Source: Minisyncoccota bacterium | GTDB lineage: Bacteria; Patescibacteriota; Minisyncoccia; Phycocordibacterales; UBA2100 | Direction: 5' to 3' | Assembly (NCBI GenBank): GCA_965267345.1 | Contig: OZ253947.1 | Coordinates: forward strand, 72,662 to 136,661 | Length of the DNA stretch: 64,000 nucleotides | Part shown: positions 39,091-48,988 of the stretch, one piece after another | How the letters are laid out: every line of letters begins with the position of its first letter | Position numbering within the stretch: the stretch's first letter is position 1 | Made by a program: the position numbers and the translations under genes | The notes under the pieces: model-generated | The model's input: the letters and a program-made list of their open reading frames with translations, nothing else | Databases searched by the model: none | What the model was told of the DNA's origin: nothing

Positions 39091-39447
39091 ATGAATTTTG
39101 AACGCGAACGTCAAGAGAATTCACTTGAGAAGGCACTGCGCGCGTTTTCGTTTCAACGTACCAGCAATGGTGGCATGCTCGCATATCGCGATGCTCTCCG
39201 AGACATCGGCCTCGTGCAAGCCATATTTTGGGAGGAGCTTAGTCAACGCCCAGGAGCGATGGTGACTTTTGACACCTGCCGCCACCTCGTGGGCGACAGC
39301 GCGGCAGGGCGAAGGGTTCACAACAATCTCGTCAGAACGAATATGCGCTTTTTGAGTCAGGTGGTGAAAGATATAAGCGCGGGAAAAGTCGATGTGCGCG
39401 AGGAGCCAAAGGTCGGGTATCGACTCGTGCTCACTGATGTAGAATAG
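39091..39447 (+). CDS. hypothetical protein (118 aa); ATG starts 2 nt after the tRNA-Thr 3' end
   Basis: Long ORF. The only Shine-Dalgarno-like sequence (GGTGG) lies inside the tRNA acceptor stem. No family recognised. Confidence 0.4.
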   Translation: MNFERERQENSLEKALRAFSFQRTSNGGMLAYRDALRDIGLVQAIFWEELSQRPGAMVTFDTCRHLVGDSAAGRRVHNNLVRTNMRFLSQVVKDISAGKVDVREEPKVGYRLVLTDVE

Positions 39448-39476
39448 CGCTTGTACGCTAACAACAGAAAAATACT

Positions 39477-40337
39477 TTGCCGATGAATAACGAAAAGGTA
39501 CAAAAACGCATTGCAGCTATTGAAGCGGCAATGGCACAGCCGGACTTTTGGAACAATCCGGCACAGGCACAGCAACGCATAAAAGAAATGCAGGAACTTA
39601 AAGACGAGCTTGCAGGCGTGGGGAAGTACGACCGTGGGAATGCCATCATCAGTATTCTCTCAGGTGCAGGCGGGAGTGATGCCGAGGATTTTTCGGCGAT
39701 GCTCTTTCACATGTACCGGAAGTTTGTTGAGAGTCGTGGTTGGAAAGCACACATTCTCGACGAAAGTAGCACTTCGGCAGGGTATCGCAGCATTTCGTTT
39801 GAAGTTGAGGGAAAGAATGTCTACGGTACGCTCAAACATGAATCAGGGGTGCATCGCCTCGTGCGCATCAGTCCGTTTAATGCACAAGGAAAGCGGCAAA
39901 CGTCATTTTCCCTCGTTGAAGTACTTCCTGAGTTGCCATCGACTGAGGACATCGAGCTTTCAGATGCTGATCTTGAGATTAGCTTCGCTCGTTCAGGCGG
40001 CGCCGGTGGGCAGAATGTGAATAAGGTGGAAACGGCAGTGCGCATTACCCACATCCCGAGCGGTATAACAGTAAAGTGTACTGCGGAGCGCAGTCAGGCG
40101 CAGAATAAAGAGAAAGCTATGGAGATACTGCGCGGTAAGCTCTACCGTAAACAGGAAGACGATCGCGAAAAGGAAGCGCAAGGACTGTCGGTATCGAAAG
40201 ACACAAAAATTGAATGGGGGAGCCAAATTCGCTCATACGTGCTGCATCCGTACCAGAAGGTTAAAGACCATCGCACCGACGTTGAAACAGCAAATGTCGA
40301 CGCAGTGCTCGGTGGCGACCTGTCAGTGTTTCTTTAA
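39477..40337 (+). CDS. prfB: peptide chain release factor 2 (no programmed frameshift site apparent)
   Basis: SPF tripeptide ([15 protein letters not shown]) and GGQ motif ([17 protein letters not shown]). Single continuous ORF of 286 aa. Confidence 0.9.
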   Translation: MPMNNEKVQKRIAAIEAAMAQPDFWNNPAQAQQRIKEMQELKDELAGVGKYDRGNAIISILSGAGGSDAEDFSAMLFHMYRKFVESRGWKAHILDESSTSAGYRSISFEVEGKNVYGTLKHESGVHRLVRISPFNAQGKRQTSFSLVEVLPELPSTEDIELSDADLEISFARSGGAGGQNVNKVETAVRITHIPSGITVKCTAERSQAQNKEKAMEILRGKLYRKQEDDREKEAQGLSVSKDTKIEWGSQIRSYVLHPYQKVKDHRTDVETANVDAVLGGDLSVFL

Positions 40338-40405
40338 ATACGCGGGTCCTATTTGGTGTGTCTTTTGACTCGGGGTATAATTGTGTCCGTAGTTGCTCAC
40401 ACACG

Positions 40406-41086
40406 ATGATTTACTTCGACAAAGTATCAAAGTTCTACAACGACGGTCCAGCAGCTCTGGACGACGTCACTCTTTCAATTGAGCCGGGCGAGTTTGTGTC
40501 GGTGGTTGGCCACTCGGGTGCCGGCAAGTCGACACTCATTAAAATGATTCTTGCGGCAGAGGTTCCGAGTGAGGGAACGGTCTTCTTTGAATCGAATGAT
40601 ATTGCGCGTTTGCGCAAACGCGAGCTCAACCTGCTTCGCCGCAACATTGGCACTGTGTTTCAGGATTTCCGCTTGCTGCCGAGCAAGACGGTATTTGAAA
40701 ACATCGCATTTGCCATGGAGGCAGCCGGCAAACACGAGGAAGACATTATTGCAGACGTGCCTCACGTACTCGATTTGGTTGATCTGGCGGAAAAAATGGA
40801 TAATTTCCCGCGCGAGCTCTCCGGTGGTGAGCAGCAGCGCATTGCCATTGCGCGCGCCATCGTGAATCAGCCGGCCGTTATTGTTGCCGATGAGCCGACG
40901 GGAAACCTCGACCCCATCAGTACGTACGAGGTCGTACAGATTCTGAAGAAAATTAATGACCTTGGCACAACCGTGATTCTTACCACGCACAACAAAGGGG
41001 TGATCGACAGCCTTGGCAAGCGCGTTATTACTATGGATGAAGGCCGTGTCATTCGTGACGATCAGAGCGGTCGCTACATTCTCTAA
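40406..41086 (+). CDS. ftsE: cell division ATP-binding protein FtsE
   Basis: ABC ATPase: Walker A GHSGAGKST, signature LSGGEQQR, Walker B. Confidence 0.9.
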   Translation: MIYFDKVSKFYNDGPAALDDVTLSIEPGEFVSVVGHSGAGKSTLIKMILAAEVPSEGTVFFESNDIARLRKRELNLLRRNIGTVFQDFRLLPSKTVFENIAFAMEAAGKHEEDIIADVPHVLDLVDLAEKMDNFPRELSGGEQQRIAIARAIVNQPAVIVADEPTGNLDPISTYEVVQILKKINDLGTTVILTTHNKGVIDSLGKRVITMDEGRVIRDDQSGRYIL

Positions 41087-41097
41087 GTTCTTTTACT

Positions 41098-42024
41098 ATG
41101 GCATTCTGGGTAAACGTAAAACGAGTATCACGAGCAGGGTTTCTTGGATTTTTGCGTAATGGGTACGTCTCACTCGCGACGGTGCTCATTATGGCCATCA
41201 CGCTGTTTGCGATCGGAACGGTCACGATCACCAGTGCTGCACTTGATGCGGTGCTTACCCAGCTTGAAAATAAAGTCGACATCAACGTGTACTTCCTTGT
41301 TGATGCACCGGAGAGTGAGATTTTGGCACTGCGCGATGCAGTACAAGAATTGCCCGAAGTTGCGGCGGTGACCTATGTATCGCGTGAGGAGGCACTGGAG
41401 CAATTCAGAGCCCGACACGCCGACGACCAGCTGACCCTGCAGGCTCTTGATGAGCTGGATGAGAACCCACTGGGCGCCAGTTTGGCAATCCGCGCTCAGG
41501 AAACGAGTCAGTATGAACGCATTGCCAACGTGTTACAGGAAGAAACAACTGTCGGCGGAAGCGACCCCATCATTGAGAAGATCAACTACTTTCAAAACCG
41601 TGCGGCAATCGATAAGTTGACCGACATTATTACGGCATCTGAGCGCATTGGCTTCGCGACGACTATCTTCTTGGTGATCGCCTCAGTACTCATTGTGTTT
41701 AATACGATTCGACTGGCTATTTACACCACGAAAGACGAGATTGGCGTCATGCGTCTCGTCGGTGCATCCGACTGGTACGTGCAGGGGCCATTCCTTGTTG
41801 AGGGCGCACTGTACGGTTTTGCAGGTGGTCTCGTTGCGCTGCTGGCACTGTATCCGATTGCCCTGTGGACCGGTCCGGCATCGGAAGCCTTTTTCGGGAA
41901 CTTTAATGTATTGACGTACTACACGAGCCACTTCGGGTACCTGTTTGTAGTACTCGTGGGCATCGGTGTGGTACTCGGCGTCGTGTCGAGTGCACTTGCC
42001 GTGCGTCGCTACCTTAAATTATAA
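41098..42024 (+). CDS. ftsX: cell division permease-like protein FtsX
   Basis: Follows ftsE; N-terminal TM, periplasmic domain, three C-terminal TM segments. Confidence 0.85.
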   Translation: MAFWVNVKRVSRAGFLGFLRNGYVSLATVLIMAITLFAIGTVTITSAALDAVLTQLENKVDINVYFLVDAPESEILALRDAVQELPEVAAVTYVSREEALEQFRARHADDQLTLQALDELDENPLGASLAIRAQETSQYERIANVLQEETTVGGSDPIIEKINYFQNRAAIDKLTDIITASERIGFATTIFLVIASVLIVFNTIRLAIYTTKDEIGVMRLVGASDWYVQGPFLVEGALYGFAGGLVALLALYPIALWTGPASEAFFGNFNVLTYYTSHFGYLFVVLVGIGVVLGVVSSALAVRRYLKL

Positions 42025-42072
42025 GCTTGCAAAGTGACCCGCATATACTAGACTTCACAACATTTGGTGCGC

Positions 42073-43716
42073 ATGGCGAAAAAAGGACACAAATACATCT
42101 TTGTCATTGGTGGCGTTATGTCCGGAGTGGGGAAAGGTGTCGCTAGCGCTTCAATTGGTAATCTCCTGCAGGCAAATGGATTCAAGGTCAACTTGGTAAA
42201 AGTTGACCCCTATTTAAATGTCGATGCCGGCACCATGAATCCGACCGAGCACGGCGAGACGTTCGTGTTGGAGAGCGGCCTCGAAACCGATCAGGACATG
42301 GGTAACTACGAGCGCTTTTTAAACCGATCGCTCCCGCCGGAAAACTACCTCACCAGCGGTATGGTGTACCGCAGTGTCATTGAGCGCGAGCGCAATCTTG
42401 AGTACGACGGGAAGTGTGTTGAAGCGGTGCCACACATTCGCGACGAAATTATCGAGCGATTTGAAAAGGCGGCGAGTATCAACGGCTCGGAAATTAGCGT
42501 GATTGAAATCGGTGGTACGGTCGGCGACTACCAGAACATTATGTTCATTGAAGCGGCGCGCATCATGGAAGCGCGTAATCCCGACGACGTGCTCTTTATT
42601 ATGGTGACGTACCTGCCCGTGCCGAACAAAGTCGGTGAAATGAAGACAAAGCCGACACAAAACGCTATTAGGCAGCTCAACTCATACGGTGTGCAGCCCA
42701 ACATCGTCATCGGGCGCTCGGAAGAAGAACTCGACGAGCGACGCAAGAGCAAAATTGCCGAGCAGTGTAATATTCGCCCTGACCGCGTTATCTCAGCGCC
42801 TGACATCGACAGTATCTACGACGTGCCGCTGAACTTCCGTCGCGATAACTTCTCAACGACGCTCCTTGAAGAGCTTCGCCTCAAGCGTCGCAAACGTACC
42901 CCCGACATGAGCAAGTGGGAAGCATTTGTGCGCAAGGTGCACAACTCAAAAAAGGAGGTGGGCATTGCTGTTGTCGGTAAGTATTTTGATACGGGCGACT
43001 TCGTGCTCTCCGACGCCTACATTTCTGTTATTGAAGCACTCAAGTTTTCAGCATTTCACCTCGGTGCCAAGCCGCAGCTGCACTGGCTGTCATCACACGA
43101 TTTTGAATCGGGCAAGAAAAAACTCAGCGAACTCAAGAAGTATGATGGGGTGCTCGTTCCGGGCGGATTCGGCAAGACGGGCATCGAAGGGAAGGTGCAA
43201 GTCATTGAGTACGTCCGCAAAAATAAGATTCCATATTTCGGTTTGTGTTACGGCATGCAGTTGGCGGTCGTTGAGTACGCACGCAATGTTGCCGGCATTA
43301 AGGGAGCAACGACGCGCGAGATGAGCAACGACGCCGAGCATCTCGTCATAGACATCATGGAAGACCAGAAGGAAAAGCTGCGCAACAACGATTACGGCGG
43401 CACGATGCGTCTCGGGGTCTATCCCGCGTATCTCAAGCGCGGCACGATCGCACGGAAAGCCTACAAACAGGAGATTGTCGAAGAGCGCCACCGCCACCGT
43501 TACGAGGTTAATCCCGAGTACGTCACGCAACTCGAAGATGCTGGTATGGTGTTTTCCGGTGTGTCGCCTGATAAGCGACTGATGGAAATCGCCGAGTTAC
43601 CCAAAGAGGCCCATCCGTTTTTCGTTGGTACGCAGTTTCACCCTGAATTACAGGCACGACCCCTTGATCCGCATCCGCTTTTCACGGCCTTCATCAAAGC
43701 GGCACTTGGCAAATAG
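42073..43716 (+). CDS. pyrG: CTP synthase
   Basis: N-terminal synthetase domain GGVMSGVGKG, C-terminal glutamine amidotransferase with the GLCYGMQ cysteine. Confidence 0.95.
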   Translation: MAKKGHKYIFVIGGVMSGVGKGVASASIGNLLQANGFKVNLVKVDPYLNVDAGTMNPTEHGETFVLESGLETDQDMGNYERFLNRSLPPENYLTSGMVYRSVIERERNLEYDGKCVEAVPHIRDEIIERFEKAASINGSEISVIEIGGTVGDYQNIMFIEAARIMEARNPDDVLFIMVTYLPVPNKVGEMKTKPTQNAIRQLNSYGVQPNIVIGRSEEELDERRKSKIAEQCNIRPDRVISAPDIDSIYDVPLNFRRDNFSTTLLEELRLKRRKRTPDMSKWEAFVRKVHNSKKEVGIAVVGKYFDTGDFVLSDAYISVIEALKFSAFHLGAKPQLHWLSSHDFESGKKKLSELKKYDGVLVPGGFGKTGIEGKVQVIEYVRKNKIPYFGLCYGMQLAVVEYARNVAGIKGATTREMSNDAEHLVIDIMEDQKEKLRNNDYGGTMRLGVYPAYLKRGTIARKAYKQEIVEERHRHRYEVNPEYVTQLEDAGMVFSGVSPDKRLMEIAELPKEAHPFFVGTQFHPELQARPLDPHPLFTAFIKAALGK

Positions 43717-43771
43717 CGGCACTGCACGTAGGATACAGAAAGCGTTATTCGCATTTTAAATACACAGAGTT

Positions 43772-44338
43772 ATGGATACATTACACACCGGTCAGCATGA
43801 GACTGACAACACACCGTCGGGCGTCGGCAAGAAGCACCACATTTACCTTCCCGAGTTTGTGTACGGGAGTATGGACGGTTTGGTGACCACATTCGCTATT
43901 GTGACGGGTGCGGTTGGTGCTTCACTATCTCCCGCAGTCATTCTGATTCTCGGCTTTGCCAATGTATTGGCAGACGGTTTTTCTATGGGATCATCAAACT
44001 ACCTCTCGGCAGTATCTGAAGAGTCGATTGGCGGCACGATGCACAAAAAGCCGCCGATTAACCAAGCGGTGGTGACGTTCTTCTCCTTCGTTATTATCGG
44101 CCTCGTGCCCATTTTGCCATTCGTGGCGGCACTGATGGTGCCGTCATTTGCACCGTCGGCGGCGTACACCTCAGTGGGTGCAACGCTGGTTGCATTTGCG
44201 CTCGTCGGCTACATTTCGGGTATCATCGAAAAGAAAAGCCCGTGGTTTGCCGCGCTGCGGAACGTACTCATTGGTGGCTTTGCCGCGCTCATTTCATTTA
44301 TCGTCGGTGTGATTCTCGGCGATATGTTTGGCCTCTAG
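43772..44338 (+). CDS. VIT1/CCC1 family (DUF125) membrane protein
   Basis: [16 protein letters not shown] motif and C-terminal TM helices. Confidence 0.7.
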   Translation: MDTLHTGQHETDNTPSGVGKKHHIYLPEFVYGSMDGLVTTFAIVTGAVGASLSPAVILILGFANVLADGFSMGSSNYLSAVSEESIGGTMHKKPPINQAVVTFFSFVIIGLVPILPFVAALMVPSFAPSAAYTSVGATLVAFALVGYISGIIEKKSPWFAALRNVLIGGFAALISFIVGVILGDMFGL

Positions 44339-44413
44339 CGTGAACGGGGACGGTACCACTACAGGGGAAACTCGTGTATGATGGGCGCATAGTCGTTTAA
44401 TAAAGACACTGGT

Positions 44414-44920
44414 ATGAAAACTTATATTGTAAGTGCAGTTGTTATTGTTGCCTTGGCAGTCATCGCATATCTACTCGTGACCTACGAAGACATGCCCGCT
44501 GATCAATCAATGGAGCAGGGTCAGGAGTCAATGATGGATAACGAGGGCGATGCCATGATGCTCAACCGCGATGATGTCGAAGGAGACATTGTCGGAACGT
44601 GGCAGAGCACCGAAGATCCAAAGGCGGTCGTCGTGTACAAAGCTGATGGTACCGTTGAGGATCGCTACGATGGCGAGGTGATGAGCACCGGTACGTGGGA
44701 GCTCTACGCTGACGGTGAAGCAGAGTACGACCCATCAAGCGTATTTCTTCGCACCACCATTGACGGTGAGACATACGAGTACGCCGTACTCGACTCAGGT
44801 GAGTCACAGCTGACGATCAACTACCTTGCGCGCGGCAACACACTCGACTACGAGCGTGTTACCGAAGATGACGGAGCAATGATGGAGGCCGGCGTTGAGG
44901 TTGATGCCTCAGTGCAGTAA
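44414..44920 (+). CDS. acidic membrane-anchored/secreted hypothetical protein
   Basis: N-terminal TM; D/E-rich. Followed by a strong terminator. Confidence 0.5.
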   Translation: MKTYIVSAVVIVALAVIAYLLVTYEDMPADQSMEQGQESMMDNEGDAMMLNRDDVEGDIVGTWQSTEDPKAVVVYKADGTVEDRYDGEVMSTGTWELYADGEAEYDPSSVFLRTTIDGETYEYAVLDSGESQLTINYLARGNTLDYERVTEDDGAMMEAGVEVDASVQ

Positions 44921-44950
44921 TTGAGTCTCACACCAAAAACGTGTAGTATA

Positions 44951-44984
44951 CGAAACGCACCACACTTTGGTGCGTTTCGTTTTT
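44951..44984 (+). terminator. rho-independent terminator (acgaaacgcaccacactttggtgcgtttcgtttttg)
   Basis: 13 bp stem plus T-run. Confidence 0.8.
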
Positions 44985-45019
44985 GCTGGGTCGCGAATGC
45001 GGTTATGGCAAAGACATAT

Positions 45020-45090
45020 TGCCGGGTCGTCTAACGGTAGGACGACGGATTCTGGCTCCGTTAATCTAGGTTCGAGTCCTAGCCCGGCAG
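45020..45090 (+). tRNA. tRNA-Gln (anticodon CUG)
   Basis: TGCCGGGTCGTCTAACGGTAGGACGACGGATTCTGGCTCCGTTAATCTAGGTTCGAGTCCTAGCCCGGCAG. U1-A72 is typical of bacterial tRNA-Gln. Confidence 0.85.
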
Positions 45091-45179
45091 CATCTTCGGA
45101 CACAGTGACCCAAGAGGGTCATGTACCCAAGAACCTATTCTGACATTGCACACCTGTTGAGTGCGGTAGCCAGACAAAA

Positions 45180-45206
45180 AACTGCCCTCAGGGGCGGTTT
45201 TTTGTT
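45180..45206 (+). terminator. terminator hairpin (actgccctcaggggcggttttttg)
   Basis: Stem plus T6. Confidence 0.6.
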
Positions 45207-45292
45207 AGAATTAAGATGGTAATGGATGAGCAAATGAATATATTGACCCTGCGAGCTGTCACTTAGTGGAGTCATAGGTTAGTATTATTTCT

Positions 45293-45859
45293 GTGGAAGT
45301 ACACATTACTCAATATAAATGGGAGGGTTCATGGGGACCGTTTAAAATTCAAGTGCCCTGTGGTGAATGTAGTGCTACTGAAGGCGTGATTAAACATGTA
45401 ATTGATACTCGATTTCCTGGCGCACCTATAGCTTTTGAAGCGAAGCCATGGCTTGATAACTGGTGGGAAGTCCTTTGGAAAGGTGGTTGGCATGCGCCCA
45501 TAACACTGGTAAATGGAAGGGTGATTTCGCAAGGGGCTGTACTCGATGCGGGTCTACTCGCTTACCACATACGAAAAGAGTTAGTAAAAGGATTCACAAT
45601 CCCGGATGATCGGAATGTGATGTATACAAAACCCGGCTGTTCATACTGTTTACGGGCGAAAGATCTCTTTACTAAGCACGGTATGCTCTACGAGGAGCGC
45701 GATATTGTGAGAAATCCTCTCTATGCGCATGAGTTATTTTTTACTACTTCTCAGTTCTTTCCCAAAAATAAACCGGTTACTACGCCACAGATTTGGCTTG
45801 GGGGGACATACCTGGGCGGAGCTGAGGATCTAGAGGCGTACTTTCAAAACCGTGATTAG
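45293..45859 (+). CDS. glutaredoxin-like protein (C-terminal Grx domain with CSYC; N-terminal extension with CGEC)
   Basis: C-terminal 80 aa MYTKPGCSYCLRAKDLF...TTPQIWLGGTYLGGAEDL is a canonical glutaredoxin. The upstream in-frame region may be a GTG-initiated extension, or the true start is ATG at 45617. Confidence 0.6.
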   Translation: MEVHITQYKWEGSWGPFKIQVPCGECSATEGVIKHVIDTRFPGAPIAFEAKPWLDNWWEVLWKGGWHAPITLVNGRVISQGAVLDAGLLAYHIRKELVKGFTIPDDRNVMYTKPGCSYCLRAKDLFTKHGMLYEERDIVRNPLYAHELFFTTSQFFPKNKPVTTPQIWLGGTYLGGAEDLEAYFQNRD

Positions 45860-46502
45860 AAAAAGGAAAAGAATATTTTTTCTCATTTCTGTCATTTTAC
45901 TTTTGACGCTAGTTATAGTATTTCGGGATTTTGTTTATACTCAGATTGGACTTATTCGGGAGCTTGAAGGGACGTCCCTGATTTTGGCTGCTCTGGTCCT
46001 TATAGCTTCTAAGGGTATTGCAGGGCTTATTGGATTTCCTGGGACACCACTTACACTTCTCGCAGGCGCCGTGTTCGGGACATTCTGGGGGAGTATTGTT
46101 GCGCTCATTGGGAATACACTCGGTGCAATAGCGGGATTCGTGCTTGCGCGCTACGTTTTTCAAGATTCATTCCATCGCATGCTGGATAAATATCCACGCC
46201 TGAAGAACTATGAGCAAAGATTTGAAGAGGCGCCGTTTTCAACAACAATAACACTTCGTCTCATACCACTATTTCCATTCAATGCTTTAAATTACGCTCT
46301 TGGACTCACGCGAATGTCACTTCCAACTTACAGCCTGAGCACTTTCATCGGAATTATCCCAGGCACGGCCGCGTTCGTATACTTTGGTGAGTCACTCGCA
46401 ATGCTTGACCCTATCAACATTGCGTTTTCTGCAGGAGCGGTTGTAGTGCTCATTTTATTCGGTCGAGCATACGAAAAGCGAGTGCGGCGAAATATGGAGT
46501 AA
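45852..46502 (+). CDS. DedA / TVP38/TMEM64 family membrane protein
   Basis: GFPGTPLTLLAGAVFG...LIPLFPFNALNYALGLT motifs. Confidence 0.8.
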   Translation: MIRKRKRIFFLISVILLLTLVIVFRDFVYTQIGLIRELEGTSLILAALVLIASKGIAGLIGFPGTPLTLLAGAVFGTFWGSIVALIGNTLGAIAGFVLARYVFQDSFHRMLDKYPRLKNYEQRFEEAPFSTTITLRLIPLFPFNALNYALGLTRMSLPTYSLSTFIGIIPGTAAFVYFGESLAMLDPINIAFSAGAVVVLILFGRAYEKRVRRNME

Positions 46503-46642
46503 AGTCAAAGAGTAAAATTCGTGTAATGACCTTATTGGGTTTGCTACGAAAGGTGAGAGCATAGCCAGCTAATTAACATACTCTTCCATGTAAGGTATTC
46601 ATGTGTACACAGCATCATTCTTTTTTGCTATATTAGACGCGT

Positions 46643-47035
46643 ATGTTTGAGACCATATTAGCTCAAACCAACTGGCTTGCCGTTATTCTAAGCACCATCG
46701 GCGCCTTTGGGTTTGGCGCACTCTGGTATTCAGAGAAACTACTCGGGGCACGGTGGCGTGCGGGTATTGGCGTACCTGCGGTGAACACGACGGCGCACAT
46801 GTACTTTGGCATGGTAACGCAGTTCTGTGCCACGCTCGTGCTGGCATTTATTGTGAGCGCAACCATTTTACTCGGATCACTCATGGCGCTCATCGTGATT
46901 GCCATTATGTTGATGGGCTTTATCAAAGCGCACGGCTTTTACGCCGGTAAGACAAAAACCGCGATTACTATCGAAGTGAGCTACATTTTGGTGATGGTAC
47001 TCATTCTCTACGGCGTACAGACTATTTTTTACTGA
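46643..47035 (+). CDS. DUF1761-like membrane protein
   Basis: 130 aa, four TM segments, FGFGALWYS N-terminal motif. Confidence 0.6.
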   Translation: MFETILAQTNWLAVILSTIGAFGFGALWYSEKLLGARWRAGIGVPAVNTTAHMYFGMVTQFCATLVLAFIVSATILLGSLMALIVIAIMLMGFIKAHGFYAGKTKTAITIEVSYILVMVLILYGVQTIFY

Positions 47036-47058
47036 AAACACTGCTTTTCTGGGTACAG

Positions 47059-47088
47059 AATCACTCATTTGACGTCATATGAGTGATT
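47059..47088. repeat. 30 bp hairpin repeat AATCACTCATTTGACGTCATATGAGTGATT (copy 2; followed by a T-run, so probably a terminator for the upstream gene)
   Basis: 29 of 30 positions identical to 19644-19673. Confidence 0.7.
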
Positions 47089-47127
47089 TTTGCCGCGCGA
47101 TGGGCGCATGTGGTAAACTACAATCAT

Positions 47128-48042
47128 ATGAAAAATATCACCATTGGCATACTCATTATTATCCTCGTAGGAATCGGCGGCTTCGTTGCGTGGCAACAGG
47201 GCTGGTTCGCCGGCACGACCACGCCACAACAGAACACTGACACGGCAACAACGACCGATATGTCGGACCAACAGTCTGACGACACGACAACCCAAGACGA
47301 TACGCAAACGACCATTGGGCAATCGGTTGATGGTCGTGACATCGTTGCGTACCACTACGGCAGTGGCGACACTGAGGTGCTCTTCGTTAGTGGCATTCAC
47401 GGTGGCTATGAGTGGAACACGACACTGGTGGCGTATGAGCTCATGGACTACCTCGAGGCGCAGTCAAGTGTTGTACCCGACAACGTGCGGGTGACAGTGG
47501 TACCGGTTCTGAACCCAGACGGATTGCACACAACTGTCGGTACGGCAGGACGTTTTACCCGCGCGGACGTACCAACGCCACAGTCGGCGACGGTCGCAGG
47601 GCGCTTCAACGCGAATACGGTTGACCTTAACCGCAACTTTGCGTGTGACTGGCAGGAGGAGGGCATATGGCAGAGTCGCACTGTTAATGCCGGTACGAGC
47701 GCGTTCTCTGAACCTGAATCACAGGCCATTCGCGATTACGTTAACGAGGTGAGACCGGCGGCAGTTGTGGTGTACTACAGTGCTGCTGGTGGTGTGTTTG
47801 CCTCAAGTTGTCACAACGGGGTGCTCGACGAAACGCTCACGCTGACGAACCTGTACGCTGATGCGTCTGGCTACCCAGCGTATGAAGAATTCGACTTTTA
47901 CGAAATTACGGGCGACATGGTGAACTGGCTTGCGAGCGAAGACATTCCCGCCATTAGTGTATTGCTGACCAACCACACTGATGTTGAATGGAGTCAAAAT
48001 CGCGCAGGTGTTGACGCCATTCTCAACTACTACGCAGAATAA
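47128..48042 (+). CDS. M14 family zinc carboxypeptidase-like protein (murein-peptide peptidase-like), membrane-anchored
   Basis: GGYEWNT...NPDG...VDLNRNF are M14 motifs; N-terminal TM and T/D/Q-rich linker. Confidence 0.75.
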   Translation: MKNITIGILIIILVGIGGFVAWQQGWFAGTTTPQQNTDTATTTDMSDQQSDDTTTQDDTQTTIGQSVDGRDIVAYHYGSGDTEVLFVSGIHGGYEWNTTLVAYELMDYLEAQSSVVPDNVRVTVVPVLNPDGLHTTVGTAGRFTRADVPTPQSATVAGRFNANTVDLNRNFACDWQEEGIWQSRTVNAGTSAFSEPESQAIRDYVNEVRPAAVVVYYSAAGGVFASSCHNGVLDETLTLTNLYADASGYPAYEEFDFYEITGDMVNWLASEDIPAISVLLTNHTDVEWSQNRAGVDAILNYYAE

Positions 48043-48917
48043 TGCCGGCATTGGTACGCACGTTCTGGTTTTGGGCTGTAGTACTCGCACTTATAGCTGC
48101 GAGCGCTGGTGCATATTTCGTTTTTTTTGCGCCAGAGCAAGTGCCGGCGCCGGTTGCTGACGTTGTCGCTACGACCCCCGCACGAACTGTTATCGGGCAA
48201 TCCGTGGAAGGACGTGCCATTGAAGCCTACACCTTTGGCTCAGGCGATACGCACTTGCTCTTCGTCGGTGGCATCCACGGTGGCTATGAGTGGAATAGCG
48301 TACTGCTTGCGTACGAGGCAATGGAGTACCTCACGGCGTATCCCGAGACGATCCCCGACACCGTGTCGGTAACCATTGTGCCGGTGGCAAATCCTGACGG
48401 TCTGTATGAAGCTGTCGGTACAGCGGGGCGCTTTACGCGCGCTGATGTTACGAGTGGCGACACCGCGCAGGCACGCTTCAACGCCAACGCGGTCGACCTC
48501 AACCGCAACTTTGACTGCAAGTGGGCTCCCGAGAGCAGCTGGCGCGGCGAAGTTGTCAGCGCGGGCTCGGCACCGTTTTCTGAACCTGAGGCACGTGCCA
48601 TTCGCACGATTGTCACCACGACGAATCCGGCGGCAGTTGTGTTTTGGCACAGTCAGGCCGATGCTGTGTATGCATCTGAGTGTGAAGAGGGTGTATTGCC
48701 CGAAACGCTCGCTGTCATGAATGCGTATGCGGACGCTGCAGGGTATCGAGCTGTCGAGAGTTTTGATGCGTACCCCATTACCGGCGACGCGGAAGGATGG
48801 CTGGCCTCACTCGGCATTCCGGCGATTACGGTTGAACTTGCGACGCACGAAACCGTTGAGTGGGAGCAAAACAAAAAAGGTATCGAAGCACTTTTTTCAT
48901 ACTACGCCCAGCAGTAA
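48042..48917 (+). CDS. M14 family zinc carboxypeptidase-like protein (tandem paralog)
   Basis: Same motifs (GGYEWNS, NPDG, VDLNRNF) with about 55% identity to the upstream gene. ATG overlaps the previous stop (TAATG). Confidence 0.75.
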   Translation: MPALVRTFWFWAVVLALIAASAGAYFVFFAPEQVPAPVADVVATTPARTVIGQSVEGRAIEAYTFGSGDTHLLFVGGIHGGYEWNSVLLAYEAMEYLTAYPETIPDTVSVTIVPVANPDGLYEAVGTAGRFTRADVTSGDTAQARFNANAVDLNRNFDCKWAPESSWRGEVVSAGSAPFSEPEARAIRTIVTTTNPAAVVFWHSQADAVYASECEEGVLPETLAVMNAYADAAGYRAVESFDAYPITGDAEGWLASLGIPAITVELATHETVEWEQNKKGIEALFSYYAQQ

Positions 48918-48988
48918 CCTCTCTTTGATTCCCTAGGGTGTGTAAGACTGCGCTGTCTCGCACGTCTTTGAGCACATAACAAAACTAT

